DNA of 64,000 nt, taken from an uncultured Bacilli bacterium (GTDB lineage Bacteria; Bacillota_I; Bacilli_A; RF39; UBA660). The notes under the pieces were generated by a model. That model worked only from the letters and a program-made list of their open reading frames with translations, ran no database searches and had not been told where the DNA came from. The number at the start of each line of letters is the position of its first letter. Position 1 is the first letter of the stretch. The stretch is taken from contig CANQQV010000007.1 of the NCBI GenBank assembly GCA_947626095.1, positions 18,464-82,463 on the forward strand. Direction: 5' to 3'. Positions 50,676-61,081 of the stretch are shown here, in pieces. The translations under genes and the position numbers were made by a program.

Positions 50676-51634
50676 TTGTTATTACCTTTTCTCTTTAATC
50701 TATATGTAATCGTATTCTCTGATACTTGAATTGGTTGAAAACCTAACTCAGTAGCAACCTCTCTTGCTTCAATGACATCTTTCTTTACTACAACAAATAA
50801 CTCAGCTAATGATACTATTTCCATAAACTTAGCTAATGCCTCTACTGCATAACCTTGACCCTGATAATTTCTATATATCTTATATTCGATAAAACCATTA
50901 AATTTCAAAGATATATAACCAATCTCAGCATTATCATCTCTTAAATTTATCGTATAACCAATTGAAGCAAAATCCGGAGTATCTTGTTTCTTTAAATAAA
51001 GACGTTCTGTCTTTAAACAATTATCATACCCTTCTTCATCAAATTGTTCTAACTTCTTCATAGTTGAATCTTTTAAATCAAACCCTAACATCTTATCCCC
51101 TGCTAAGACATCAGCATAATCATCATCTTTAGTAAGTTCAACTAAAGCTTTACAATATATTTTTAACTTACTTAAATGTTCACTATCAAAATGAAATCTT
51201 AACTCTTGTTGAATATTTATATAATCTAATAAATCGGTCTTAAATTGTTTACTACGTGCATGACAATCACAAGCCATTTCTAATAAATCTAAATCTGACA
51301 TATCGTTAGAATTATCATAATATTCTGGATGATGAGAATTTCTACTCCAATGTAATCTGATTGCTTCTGTTTGTTCCTTACTTAAAACATGACTAATATT
51401 TTGCATAGTATCAATATCATCGACAATACTCGCTAAAGACATAAACTCTTCCGTATTCTGAATTTTAGAAATATCATGTACAGAACAACGGCCAATCAGT
51501 CTTATTGCATCAACACTTCTATTACGATGAATAAGATATCTAGCTAAATACTGTCCACTACGCATTACACAAGCTCTATGTATCAAAGCATCATTCATTT
51601 CTTTAGATAATTTTTCTGTATCAATCGTTCTCAT
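50672..51634 (-). CDS. DUF5662-like (HD-type) domain fused to a GNAT-like domain
   Basis: HDISK, HWSRNSHHPEYY, LLEMACD; then TERLYLK, IGYI, YQGQGYAVEAL, LGF. Confidence 0.6.
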   Translation of the reverse strand: MRTIDTEKLSKEMNDALIHRACVMRSGQYLARYLIHRNRSVDAIRLIGRCSVHDISKIQNTEEFMSLASIVDDIDTMQNISHVLSKEQTEAIRLHWSRNSHHPEYYDNSNDMSDLDLLEMACDCHARSKQFKTDLLDYINIQQELRFHFDSEHLSKLKIYCKALVELTKDDDYADVLAGDKMLGFDLKDSTMKKLEQFDEEGYDNCLKTERLYLKKQDTPDFASIGYTINLRDDNAEIGYISLKFNGFIEYKIYRNYQGQGYAVEALAKFMEIVSLAELFVVVKKDVIEAREVATELGFQPIQVSENTITYRLKRKGNNN

Positions 51635-51693
51635 AATGACCTCCTACACATTTAAAACGTATTATACACTAAAATTTCTAAAAGGACAAAAAA

Positions 51694-52617
51694 TTATCTC
51701 ATTAAGAGATAATAACAATAAACTAAATACATAATAATCATACTTATTCCTTCCTTACGACTAATCTTTAAATCTTTAAAATAAAAATAAATAAACATCG
51801 TACAAACAATTAATATAACTATATCTATTAAAGACGCTAAACTAATTAATATTGGTCTTATCATACTACTTATCCCTAAGATAAATAAAATATTAAAGAT
51901 ATTACTACCTATTACATTACCAACTGCTATTTCATTTTCTCCCTTTATTAAAGCCACTAACGAAGTACATAACTCTGGTAACGAAGTCCCAATTGCTACT
52001 ACTGTTAAACCAATCACTCTTTCACTTACCCCAAAACTTCTAGCTATCTCCATCGCCATTTTAACTGTTAAATGTCCCCCAAATATTACTAAAGCTAATC
52101 CACCCAATGTAAATACTAAATCCATTACCGAAAACTCTTTCTTTACTATTTCTCTACTATTAACTCCTTTTATTAACTTATATAGATAAATAAATAAAAC
52201 TACTAAAAGTATTCCCCCACTTATTCTACTAATTAGTAATATCCCTTTACTTATATAATTAACCATTATTAAACCAAATAACAAAATACCACATAATAAC
52301 GACATTACATAATCTTTAGCAATAACTTCTCTCTTTACTAAAACATCTTTAAATAACGCTGTAACCCCTAATACTACTAATAAATTAAATATATTACTCC
52401 CAATTATATTAGATACTGATAAATCACTAGAATTGTGAATAATGGCCATAATACTAACAGCTGCCTCCGGTGCTGACGTTCCAAAAGCTACTAACGTTAA
52501 ACCAATAATCATCGTTGGTATTTTAAAAAAAGTAGCTATATTACTACTACCTTCTACAAAAAAATCTGCTCCCTTAATTAGTAAAATAAAACCAATAATT
52601 AATAAAAGATAACTCAT
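51694..52617 (-). CDS. Ca2+/Na+ antiporter (YrbG family)
   Basis: Two alpha repeats GTSAPE...GSNIFN and GTSLPE...GSNIFN. Confidence 0.9.
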   Translation of the reverse strand: MSYLLLIIGFILLIKGADFFVEGSSNIATFFKIPTMIIGLTLVAFGTSAPEAAVSIMAIIHNSSDLSVSNIIGSNIFNLLVVLGVTALFKDVLVKREVIAKDYVMSLLCGILLFGLIMVNYISKGILLISRISGGILLVVLFIYLYKLIKGVNSREIVKKEFSVMDLVFTLGGLALVIFGGHLTVKMAMEIARSFGVSERVIGLTVVAIGTSLPELCTSLVALIKGENEIAVGNVIGSNIFNILFILGISSMIRPILISLASLIDIVILIVCTMFIYFYFKDLKISRKEGISMIIMYLVYCYYLLMR

Positions 52618-52663
52618 AAGTTCACCCATATAACTATATGTTTTAACTAATCAAAAAAGACAG

Positions 52664-53017
52664 CTACTCGCCATCTTTTTCATGTATCTTATCAATTAAT
52701 TTTTCTATCTTATCACCATAAGCTACTGAATTATCATAAACAAATCTAAGTTCTGGTGTATGTCTTATTTCAATACGATTAGCTATCTTTGTTCTTAAAT
52801 AACCAGCTGTTTCATCATTCAATTCTTTTTCTAACTTTTTATGATCCATTTCTAGCATTGAAGTAAAATATACTCTTGCTAAACCTAAATCATTAGTTAC
52901 CACAACTCCAGTTATATTAATCGCCTTTAAAATTGAATCATGAGCTTCTAAAGCACAGATATTACTAAGTTCTTGAGCTATTTGTGAACCTATTCTTTTT
53001 AATTTAATTTGATTCAT
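52664..53017 (-). CDS. rbfA: Ribosome-binding factor A
   Basis: ITGVVVTNDLGLARVY, RHTPELRFVYDNS; follows infB. Confidence 0.93.
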   Translation of the reverse strand: MNQIKLKRIGSQIAQELSNICALEAHDSILKAINITGVVVTNDLGLARVYFTSMLEMDHKKLEKELNDETAGYLRTKIANRIEIRHTPELRFVYDNSVAYGDKIEKLIDKIHEKDGE

Positions 53018-55128
53018 CTTTTAACCTCAACAACTTCATATATTTCTATCGTATCACCGACTTTAATATCTGAATAATTATCTAACGTAATACCACATTC
53101 ATATCCTTTTTTAACTTCTTTAACTTGATCTTTTTCTCTTTGTAAACTAGCTATCTTCGTATCTGTAACAACTATACCATCACGAATAAGTCTTGCATTA
53201 GCTCCACTTTTTACAATACCATCAATTACATAAGAACCAGCTATATTACCAACTTTAGAGAATTTAAATATCTTTCTAATTTCGACATTACCTAATATCT
53301 TCTCTTCAAATTCTGGATCAAGCATACCTTTCATTGCTGCTTCCATTTCTTCAACTAATTTATAAATTATTGTATAAAGTCTTATATCAACACCATACTC
53401 TTTAGCTATTTCTTTTGTACTATTAGAAGGACTAACACAGAATCCTAAGATAATCGCATTTGAAGCTTGGGCTAAAACAACATCACTTTCCGTAATTGTT
53501 CCAATACCACTTCTAATTACTTTAACTTTAACTCCATCAACATCAATCTTCTCTAAAGCATTACGAACTGCTTCTTCAGAACCTCTAACATCGGTTTTTA
53601 ATACAACATTAATCTCTTTAGTATCTGAATCAATTGAAGCAAATAAATTATCTAAAGATAATGTTTGTTTTTGGAATTTTTGTTCACGTAATTGAATACT
53701 ACGTTTTTCGGCTACATCTTTAGCTTGACTTTCGGTTTCAAAAGCCATAAATTTATCTCCGGCTGATGGATTAGCAGACAAACCAGTAATTTCAACTGGC
53801 ATAGCTGGTCCAGCTTCAACAATTGAATTACCTAGATCATCTTTCATTGTTCTTACCTTACCATAAGTAGTACCAACAACAATTGGATCACCAATACGTA
53901 AAGTACCATTTTGAATTAATAATGATGCAACACCACCAATATTCTTATCCATCTTCGATTCAATTACTGTACCTAACGCATAACGATTCGGATTAGCTTT
54001 TAATTCTTGCATTTCAGCTATTGCCAAAATTGTTTCTAATAATAAATCTATACCTTGACCACTCTTAGCTGAGATATCAACAAATGGAACATTGCCACCC
54101 CATTCTTCTGGTGTAATACTATGTTCCGCCATCTCTGTTCTAATACGATCAGGTTTAGCATCTGGTTTATCTATCTTATTAACCGCTACAACAATTGGTA
54201 CATTAGCTGCTAAAGCATGATCTATTGCTTCTTCCGTTTGTGGCATTACACCATCATCAGCTGCTACTATTATAATAACAATATCTGTAATACTAGCTCC
54301 ACGTGCTCTCATCTCTGTAAAAGCCGCATGCCCTGGTGTATCAATAAACGTTATCTTATGACCATCATGTTCAACTTGGTAAGCACCAATTGCTTGTGTA
54401 ATACCACCATACTCTGAATCAACAATTTTACTCTTTCTAATTGTATCAAGTAAAGTTGTTTTACCATGGTCAACATGTCCCATAATTGTAACCACAGGAG
54501 GTCTTGTAACTAAGTCTTCTTCTCTATCATTAGCTTCAAACTCTTCAAAGTTAGCGACATCTTGTGTTTCTTCTTTCTTTAATGTCTTATTATAATCTAA
54601 GACTAAAACACTAGCTGTTTCATAATCAATTGGATTATTTAGGCTTAACATTAAACCAAGTCCCATAATCTTCTTAATTAAATCGGTTCCACTAACCTCT
54701 AAAGCATTAGCTAAATCACTAACTGACATATTCTCTTTATATAAAATAACATTTTCTTCAGCTGCATTACTCATTAATTTTTCTTTATGTTTATACATCT
54801 CTTTACGTTTAGACATATATTCATCTTGTGAACTTTGTAATTGACTCTTCTTCTTTAGTTTTTGCTTTTTATCTCCCGCTTTAAAGTTCTTATCTAAGTT
54901 ATTAGCTTCAACTAAATCTTCTACTACTTCATCAATTGCATCTTCATCTTCATAATCAGTTTCTACATCCGTACTAATTAAATTAATCGTATTATCAAGA
55001 ATAATAATGTCATCTTCTGATAACTCATCATCACCATTCTTAACATTAATTCCTAACTCACTACATTTCTTTAATATTTCTGCTACTGAATGATTAGTAT
55101 CTAATGCATATTCTTTAACACTCATCAT
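53014..55128 (-). CDS. infB: Translation initiation factor IF-2
   Basis: [34 protein letters not shown]. Confidence 0.97.
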   Translation of the reverse strand: MMSVKEYALDTNHSVAEILKKCSELGINVKNGDDELSEDDIIILDNTINLISTDVETDYEDEDAIDEVVEDLVEANNLDKNFKAGDKKQKLKKKSQLQSSQDEYMSKRKEMYKHKEKLMSNAAEENVILYKENMSVSDLANALEVSGTDLIKKIMGLGLMLSLNNPIDYETASVLVLDYNKTLKKEETQDVANFEEFEANDREEDLVTRPPVVTIMGHVDHGKTTLLDTIRKSKIVDSEYGGITQAIGAYQVEHDGHKITFIDTPGHAAFTEMRARGASITDIVIIIVAADDGVMPQTEEAIDHALAANVPIVVAVNKIDKPDAKPDRIRTEMAEHSITPEEWGGNVPFVDISAKSGQGIDLLLETILAIAEMQELKANPNRYALGTVIESKMDKNIGGVASLLIQNGTLRIGDPIVVGTTYGKVRTMKDDLGNSIVEAGPAMPVEITGLSANPSAGDKFMAFETESQAKDVAEKRSIQLREQKFQKQTLSLDNLFASIDSDTKEINVVLKTDVRGSEEAVRNALEKIDVDGVKVKVIRSGIGTITESDVVLAQASNAIILGFCVSPSNSTKEIAKEYGVDIRLYTIIYKLVEEMEAAMKGMLDPEFEEKILGNVEIRKIFKFSKVGNIAGSYVIDGIVKSGANARLIRDGIVVTDTKIASLQREKDQVKEVKKGYECGITLDNYSDIKVGDTIEIYEVVEVKR

Positions 55129-55150
55129 AATAACTCACCTCTATCTTTAT

Positions 55151-55408
55151 TTATTCTTCTACAATCTTTTCCATTTCCTCATATACTACATCTGGAATCT
55201 TTACTTCTAAAATACGTTCTAACGCCTTTGTCTCACGCGCTTTCTTAATTACTTCTTTATCTTTCTTTAAGTAAGCTCCACGACCATTAGCTTTCCCTGT
55301 TAAATCAACAGATACATTACCTTCTTTATCACGTACTACTCTAAGCAAATCTTTCTTTAAAGTCTTTTCCTTCGTAATAACACAAGTTCTTTCTGGTATC
55401 TTCTTCAT
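55151..55408 (-). CDS. ylxR: YlxR/RnpM RNA-binding protein
   Basis: IPERTCV, LLRVVR, GKANGRGAY. Confidence 0.9.
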   Translation of the reverse strand: MKKIPERTCVITKEKTLKKDLLRVVRDKEGNVSVDLTGKANGRGAYLKKDKEVIKKARETKALERILEVKIPDVVYEEMEKIVEE

Positions 55409-55425
55409 GAGTCTAACCTCACTTC

Positions 55426-56577
55426 TTAATTATTTCCTTCTTCATTAACTTGATTTAAAGTCTTAACTTCAATTTTATATTTAGTTAATTTAGAAGCTAA
55501 TTTAATATTTGTTCCTTTTTTACCTATTGCTAAAGATAAATTATCATCATTAACAATTGCTAAAGCTTCTTTCTTCATTGGATCAGTAATCGTAACTATT
55601 GCATCTTTAGCAGGACTTAAAGCATTCTTAATATATTCTGCTGGATCAGCACTATATAATACGATATCAACCTTTTCACCATTAAGTTCTTTTAAGATTG
55701 AACCAATTCTTGAACCTCTTTCTCCAATACAAGCTCCTATAGCATCGATCTTTTCATTCGTTGATTCAACTGCTACTTTACTTCTAATACCAGCTTCTCT
55801 AGCTACCGCATGTAATATAATTGTTCCATCAGCTAATTCTGGTATTTCCGATTCAAATAATCTTTTAACAAAGCCATAATGTTTTCTTGAAAGTAAGATA
55901 AGTGGTCCCTTCGTATTAGCTTCTACTTTCGTAACATAAACTCTAATATTAGAACCCATCTTAACTTCTTCACCAGGTATCATCTCTGACTTAGGTAAAA
56001 TACCTCTTGTACGACCTAATTCAACATAATAATTACGAATATCTTCCATTGCTAAAGTACCAACTAACATCTCATCTTGTTTATCTGCAAATTCCGAAAT
56101 AATTGCTTCTTTTTCTGCTTCTCTTATCTTTTGCATAATAACTTGTTTAGCTGTTCCTGCTGCAACACGGCCAAAGTCTTTAGGTGTAACTTCTTTTTCA
56201 ATCGTTTCCCCAACTTCTATATTAGGTACTATTTCTCTTGCATCTTCAAGTAGTATTTGTGCGTCAATATTAATCTCTGGTGGTACATCTACTTCATTAC
56301 CTTCTTCATCGATAATTGTATCTCCTTCATCAATTTCTGGTACTACAACATAATAAGACATAACTTTAATTTCTCCAGTTGTACGATTAATATCAACTCT
56401 AACATTAGTCTTAGAACCAAAATTCTTCTTATAAGCTGTTGCTAATGCAAGTTCCATCGCATCAAATACTACATCTTCTGAAATACCTTTTTCGGCTACT
56501 ATACCTTTAACTGCTTTAATAAATGCGACAGGATCCATATGGCCACTTTCTTCTACAACGTCTTTCTTTCTTGCCAT
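55426..56577 (-). CDS. nusA: Transcription termination factor NusA
   Basis: FGRVAAGTAKQV, AREAGIRSKVAV, GACIG, LSLAIGKKG. Confidence 0.96.
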   Translation of the reverse strand: MARKKDVVEESGHMDPVAFIKAVKGIVAEKGISEDVVFDAMELALATAYKKNFGSKTNVRVDINRTTGEIKVMSYYVVVPEIDEGDTIIDEEGNEVDVPPEINIDAQILLEDAREIVPNIEVGETIEKEVTPKDFGRVAAGTAKQVIMQKIREAEKEAIISEFADKQDEMLVGTLAMEDIRNYYVELGRTRGILPKSEMIPGEEVKMGSNIRVYVTKVEANTKGPLILLSRKHYGFVKRLFESEIPELADGTIILHAVAREAGIRSKVAVESTNEKIDAIGACIGERGSRIGSILKELNGEKVDIVLYSADPAEYIKNALSPAKDAIVTITDPMKKEALAIVNDDNLSLAIGKKGTNIKLASKLTKYKIEVKTLNQVNEEGNN

Positions 56578-56578
56578 T

Positions 56579-56836
56579 TTAAACACTTCCTTTTTCTTTA
56601 CTTGTAATATCTAAGATATATGAATCATCAATTAAATCTAACTTATCAATAATTGGATTTATAACATTAGTAGCTTCCACAATCGTATCTAAGTCTAAAC
56701 CATTTACTTTATCTAACTCAATACGTAAGAAGTTATAATTACCTTCTGTTTCATAAACCACACTATCAACAATAATATTCATTTCCTTCATCGGCTCTGT
56801 AATAGCCTTCCTTATTTCTTCTAATATTTTATTCAT
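56579..56836 (-). CDS. rimP: RimP N-terminal domain only (85 aa)
   Basis: FLRIELDKVNGLDLD...LD...YILDITS; first gene of the nusA operon; ends where SSPG normally begins the linker. Confidence 0.75.
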   Translation of the reverse strand: MNKILEEIRKAITEPMKEMNIIVDSVVYETEGNYNFLRIELDKVNGLDLDTIVEATNVINPIIDKLDLIDDSYILDITSKEKGSV

Positions 56837-56855
56837 GATTCACCTCTTTAAACTA

Positions 56856-56884
56856 ATAATAAAAGTGGGATATTACGCCCACTT
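56856..56884 (-). terminator. rimP leader attenuator hairpin
   Basis: AAGTGGG-CGTAATAT-CCCACTT plus TTATT, just downstream of TGtTATAAT at about 56900; resembles the NusA-dependent rimP(ylxS) leader terminator of Bacillota. Confidence 0.65.
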
Positions 56885-56991
56885 AAATCTGATACCTAAA
56901 TTATAACATAATTTTCTAATTATGCAAGATTTTAATTGAGACTTTAAGCTTTTTGTAGTATATTAACTATATAAGGTAAGGAAGAGCTGCT

Positions 56992-58017
56992 ATGAAAAAA
57001 AGTCAAAATATAATTATTGCGATATTATTTATTATTTGTATTACTCTAAGTATCTCATCTATTTCCATGAGTGCTAACATTAAGGAAAGTAATACTTCTA
57101 ATAAAAACCATAATTCTTTAAACATTGATCCAACATCAAACACTTTTCCTTTTGATGTTTCTGACTTCTCTGGTAAAGAAATAAATACGATTGATATCGC
57201 TGCTAAAAAATATCAAAATAATACAATTAGTATTACTAATAGTGATTTTAAAATAAGTAATGAACTATCTAATGAAATATATAATTTAATTAATAGCTAT
57301 GGTGCTAGTGCTGCCTTTTACATTGTTAGTTTAGATGATGGTATGACCATTGGTTATAACGTCGATCGTAAATTTGAAACCGCTAGTTCTATCAAAGCCC
57401 CATATGCTCTTTACTTATATCATGAAATAGCTAAAGGAAATGTTGATGTTACCGAAAAGTTAGTTTATCAACCACGATATTATAATCCTGGTACTGGTGT
57501 TGTTAAAAGAAGTTCTTTTGGTACTGAATATACAGTTAATGATTTAATATATTACTCTTTATATGAATCAGATAATATTGCTTATGAAATGCTTCATGGT
57601 CACTTTGGTGTTAAAGGTTTCAATGCCATGTTAAAAAATCTTGGTACTAAAGAATTATATTTAACAGCTAGTAATCCATGGGGTTATACTTCATGTCGTA
57701 GCGCTGCTCTTATTTGGCAAGATATCTATAATTTTTCTATTACTGATAGTGAAGGTATTGAACTATTAAATATCTTATCAACTGGTAAATACAATTATTA
57801 TAAAGAAGTAATGCCTGATATCGAAAGTGCTAGTAAAACTGGCTTTGCTAAAAAAGATGTTGTTGAAACTGGTATTGTCTTTGATAATCACCCATATATT
57901 GCTATTGCTATGGCTAACAAAGGTGGTCGTATTGGCGCCTACACTGAAGTAATTAGATTAATATCTTGTATGAATAAAGTAATGAATGAATATAACACTT
58001 ACTTAGAAAACAAATAG
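56992..58017 (+). CDS. Secreted serine hydrolase, class A beta-lactamase-like/PBP fold
   Basis: ASSIK (SxxK), SDN, KTG; N-terminal signal/TM. Confidence 0.8.
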   Translation: MKKSQNIIIAILFIICITLSISSISMSANIKESNTSNKNHNSLNIDPTSNTFPFDVSDFSGKEINTIDIAAKKYQNNTISITNSDFKISNELSNEIYNLINSYGASAAFYIVSLDDGMTIGYNVDRKFETASSIKAPYALYLYHEIAKGNVDVTEKLVYQPRYYNPGTGVVKRSSFGTEYTVNDLIYYSLYESDNIAYEMLHGHFGVKGFNAMLKNLGTKELYLTASNPWGYTSCRSAALIWQDIYNFSITDSEGIELLNILSTGKYNYYKEVMPDIESASKTGFAKKDVVETGIVFDNHPYIAIAMANKGGRIGAYTEVIRLISCMNKVMNEYNTYLENK

Positions 58018-58031
58018 AGAATGAAAATTCT

Positions 58032-58544
58032 CTATTTTATATACCCATTTTGCACTATCTTTGTTTCATTAACTACCATAAAAGCTTTTGCATCAATATC
58101 TTTTATTATTTTTTTTAACTTACTTAAATTACGACTATTTAAAGTAATAAACAAAATATTAGCTTCTTCCTCTTTATACGTATTAACTGTTTCAACTACC
58201 GAAACCCCAAACCCTTCACTTCTTATCTTATCAATACTATCCTTACTTGTCTCCATCGTCATTACTTCGACACTTATCAAACTATTAATTAAAGTATTTG
58301 AAATAAATGTCCCTATAATCGTCCCTGTTGCATACCCCGCTGAATAAGCTATAACTATCCATATACTATTAATATCAGAATTAAGTGCTTCCTTAACTAC
58401 TAAAAACCAAATAAAAACCTCAAAAAAACCTATTAGTCCTGCTAATAGTGTTTTTCCTCTTACCGAATAATTAGTTCTTATTGTTCCTAATGTTACATCA
58501 GCTATTCTGGCCATAAATATTTTCAGGCATAAAGTAAATAACAT
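58032..58544 (-). CDS. DUF5698/DUF2179 (YebE-like) membrane protein
   Basis: DVTLGTIR, GFFEVFIW, AYSAGYATGT, IDAKAF. Confidence 0.8.
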   Translation of the reverse strand: MLFTLCLKIFMARIADVTLGTIRTNYSVRGKTLLAGLIGFFEVFIWFLVVKEALNSDINSIWIVIAYSAGYATGTIIGTFISNTLINSLISVEVMTMETSKDSIDKIRSEGFGVSVVETVNTYKEEEANILFITLNSRNLSKLKKIIKDIDAKAFMVVNETKIVQNGYIK

Positions 58545-58807
58545 TAAGCTCCTCCTTTAAACACCATTATTAATATTATTGCCACAACTATAATAATTAT
58601 AAGTACTAATACCTTTCCTAATTTCTTATCTTTATCTTCATTAGACATACTTTTATACATTGCTGTATCTTTATTACGATACATATTCCATCTTGGATCT
58701 AAGACACTATTCATTTCTTTTTGTTGTGATATTGGAATCATTCTTCCACACTCAGGACATACACCACCTTTAGTTGGTAATGCTGCTCCACAATACTTAC
58801 AATTCAT
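58544..58807 (-). CDS. Zinc-ribbon membrane protein
   Basis: CKYCG...CPECG plus C-terminal TM. Confidence 0.7.
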   Translation of the reverse strand: MNCKYCGAALPTKGGVCPECGRMIPISQQKEMNSVLDPRWNMYRNKDTAMYKSMSNEDKDKKLGKVLVLIIIIVVAIILIMVFKGGA

Positions 58808-58852
58808 ATTATCACCTATTTATATTTTAACATAAAAAAAGATTAGAATAAA

Positions 58853-59377
58853 CTAATCTTCACCATACTCTTCAATAAAATTCTTACTTTTATGTGGCTC
58901 TTCACGTAACAAATCATTATAATCTTGTTGTCTTAAAGCTTCATATACCATAATTGCTACTGTATTAGATAAGTTTAATGCTCTTACTTTATCTGTCATT
59001 GGCATTCTCATACATCTATCAATATGTGGTTTTAATATTTCTCTAGGAATACCTGTTGACTCTTTGCCAAAAACAAAATAAATATTCTTACTACTATCAC
59101 TATAATCAAATGAAGTATGAGGTTTATGTCCATACCTTGTTAAAAAATAAAACTCCCCTTTATCTTTATTCTTATCCATAAAATCTTCCCAGTTTTCATA
59201 AACTGTATAATGACAATTATCTATATAATTAACTCCACTTCTTCTAATATACTTTTCATCTAAAGAAAAACCTAATGGTTTAATTAAATGTAAATACGTA
59301 TTCGTAGCTACACAAGTTCTCATTATATTTCCTGTATTACCTGGTATTTCTGGTTCAAACAAAACAACATTTAACAT
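58853..59377 (-). CDS. trmL: tRNA (cytidine/uridine-34-2'-O)-methyltransferase
   Basis: PEIPGNTGNI, PLGF, FGKESTG, RALNLSN, YEALRQ; GGAGGT RBS. Confidence 0.93.
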   Translation of the reverse strand: MLNVVLFEPEIPGNTGNIMRTCVATNTYLHLIKPLGFSLDEKYIRRSGVNYIDNCHYTVYENWEDFMDKNKDKGEFYFLTRYGHKPHTSFDYSDSSKNIYFVFGKESTGIPREILKPHIDRCMRMPMTDKVRALNLSNTVAIMVYEALRQQDYNDLLREEPHKSKNFIEEYGED

Positions 59378-59392
59378 AAATACCTCCAAATA

Positions 59393-59414
59393 AATAAGAC
59401 CATCAGGTCTTATT
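59393..59414 (-). terminator. Hairpin, probable terminator
   Basis: AATAAGACC/GGTCTTATT inverted repeat. Confidence 0.45.
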
Positions 59415-59964
59415 CTTTTTCTATCTTATTACGATCTAAGATTTGTTCAAAATCCCAACGACTCATAATATTATTATCCATTCGATTAATAATGTCAACT
59501 AATTTACCATCTTTACAATAAAGAATAGTTGGTAAAGTCGTTACTTCCTTACCATTCATATCTAAAACATCTGATAAAGTATCATTTATCTTCTTAACAT
59601 AATCATCTTCATCTTTTATATCTGTAACATTTAAATAATACATTTTATCATTTATAGCATAATCATTAATAACATCTTTAATATCTTTTTCCATATTATA
59701 TACATCTTCTGAATTAGTATAACTAATATAGATAAAATAATCACTAAATGGTTCAGCAAATACTGAACTAACTTCCTCTAAACTTAATTCATTAGAAATT
59801 ACTTTTTCATTAACTAAATATGAAGAAGATAACCTATCCTCTTTAACTACTTTATACCATGCAAAAGCATACCAAGCTAATAAAATTACTACGACAACTA
59901 TAACTCCAGCTAGAACATAATTTTTAATTGGGACAAAACGTTCATTCTTTTTAACATTAGTCAT
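59410..59964 (-). CDS. Membrane-anchored thioredoxin-like fold protein without CxxC
   Basis: TM, FIYISYT, MYYLNVT, LPTILYCKDGKLVD. Confidence 0.55.
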   Translation of the reverse strand: MTNVKKNERFVPIKNYVLAGVIVVVVILLAWYAFAWYKVVKEDRLSSSYLVNEKVISNELSLEEVSSVFAEPFSDYFIYISYTNSEDVYNMEKDIKDVINDYAINDKMYYLNVTDIKDEDDYVKKINDTLSDVLDMNGKEVTTLPTILYCKDGKLVDIINRMDNNIMSRWDFEQILDRNKIEKE

Positions 59965-60096
59965 AGCATCATATCCTTTCTCTAATATTATTTTAACATA
60001 TATTTATTTTTTATGCAAAGCAAGTTTACCATCATATAGGTAATTTTACTACAAACATTACTTAAGTATACATACTATATCATAGGAGGAATAAAA

Positions 60097-60498
60097 ATGT
60101 TTTTTGATGATATATTATTTGACACTAATGTAAAGATGATGAATACCCCTAATTTATTTAACGAAAAAGAAGGTTTAATGTACGGTAACATGTTTAGAAA
60201 TGAATACGATCAATATAAAAATTATCATGTTACTAAGATAAATGCTTTAACTGATAAAGAAGAACTATTACTAAAAATATATGAATATGACTTTGCTTTA
60301 AATGATTTATCTTTATACTTAGATTTACACCCTGATAATGACTATGTTTACAATCAATTTAGAAAATACACTGAAGAATCTAAAAAATGTATAGATTTAT
60401 ATGAAAAGAAATATGGCCCTTTAGAATTATGTGATAGTAACTACACTAGTTATATGTGGGAAAAAGGTCCATGGCCATTTGAAGGAGGTAACATCTAA
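60097..60498 (+). CDS. cotJB: Spore coat protein CotJB with fused CotJA-like N-terminus
   Basis: EGLMYGNMFRNEY (CotJA-like); DLSLYLDLHP, YEKKYGPL, W..GPWPFE. Confidence 0.85.
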   Translation: MFFDDILFDTNVKMMNTPNLFNEKEGLMYGNMFRNEYDQYKNYHVTKINALTDKEELLLKIYEYDFALNDLSLYLDLHPDNDYVYNQFRKYTEESKKCIDLYEKKYGPLELCDSNYTSYMWEKGPWPFEGGNI

Positions 60499-61067
60499 TG
60501 TATAAATATTTAAAAAAATTAAATTACCCAATTAATATTAAGAAAAAAGATTTACGAATGGCTCGTTATATTAGAACTCAACTTGGTGGTCCAGCTGGCG
60601 AACTAGGTGCAGCCCTTCGTTACTTTAGCCAAAAATTTTCTATGCCTGATGACAAAGGTAAAGCTCTACTTAATGATATTGCTTGTGAAGAACTAGGTCA
60701 TTGCGAAATGATTGGTACTATCTTTAAGCAATTAATTAAAGATGCTACCCCAGAAGAATTAGAAGCAGCTAATCTAGGTGATTATTTTACTGATCATGGT
60801 CGTGGCGTCTACCCAACTGATGCTTCTGGTAACCCATTTAGTGCCCTAACTTTTAATTCAACCGGTGATGTTTTAGCTGATATATCTGAAGATATGGCAG
60901 CTGAAGAAAAAGCCCGTGCAACCTACGAAAACCTAATTGATTTGGCGACAGATGAAGATTTAATTGGTCCATTACTATTTCTTCGTCAAAGAGAAATCGT
61001 CCACTTTAATCGTTTCAAAGAATTATATGATTACTATAAAACTAATATGACAAAAGACCCTAGATAA
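60498..61067 (+). CDS. cotJC: Manganese catalase family spore coat protein
   Basis: QLGGPAGEL.AALRY, EELGHCEM, EDMAAEEKAR, RQREIVHF. Confidence 0.92.
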   Translation: MYKYLKKLNYPINIKKKDLRMARYIRTQLGGPAGELGAALRYFSQKFSMPDDKGKALLNDIACEELGHCEMIGTIFKQLIKDATPEELEAANLGDYFTDHGRGVYPTDASGNPFSALTFNSTGDVLADISEDMAAEEKARATYENLIDLATDEDLIGPLLFLRQREIVHFNRFKELYDYYKTNMTKDPR

Positions 61068-61081
61068 CTAGAGTCTTTTTT
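61052..61081. terminator. Bidirectional terminator between convergent genes
   Basis: AAAAGAC..CTAG/CTAG..GTCTTTT imperfect inverted repeat with A/T flanks. Confidence 0.5.

Noticed and set aside
56992-58017. Beta-lactam resistance gene
   Set aside because: SxxK/SDN/KTG are shared with DD-peptidases, and no clear class A omega-loop ExxLN motif is seen.
3661-58347. Short antisense or out-of-frame ORFs in the track (e.g. 3661, 3790, 6979, 8211, 10777, 22630-24027, 28486, 30834, 40042, 43464, 54217, 58021)
   Set aside because: They overlap well-supported genes, lack clear RBSs and have shadow-ORF composition.
60050-60080. sigmaE/sigmaK promoter for cotJ (CATACTATA at 60071)
   Set aside because: The -10 fits, but there is no convincing -35 at the proper spacing.
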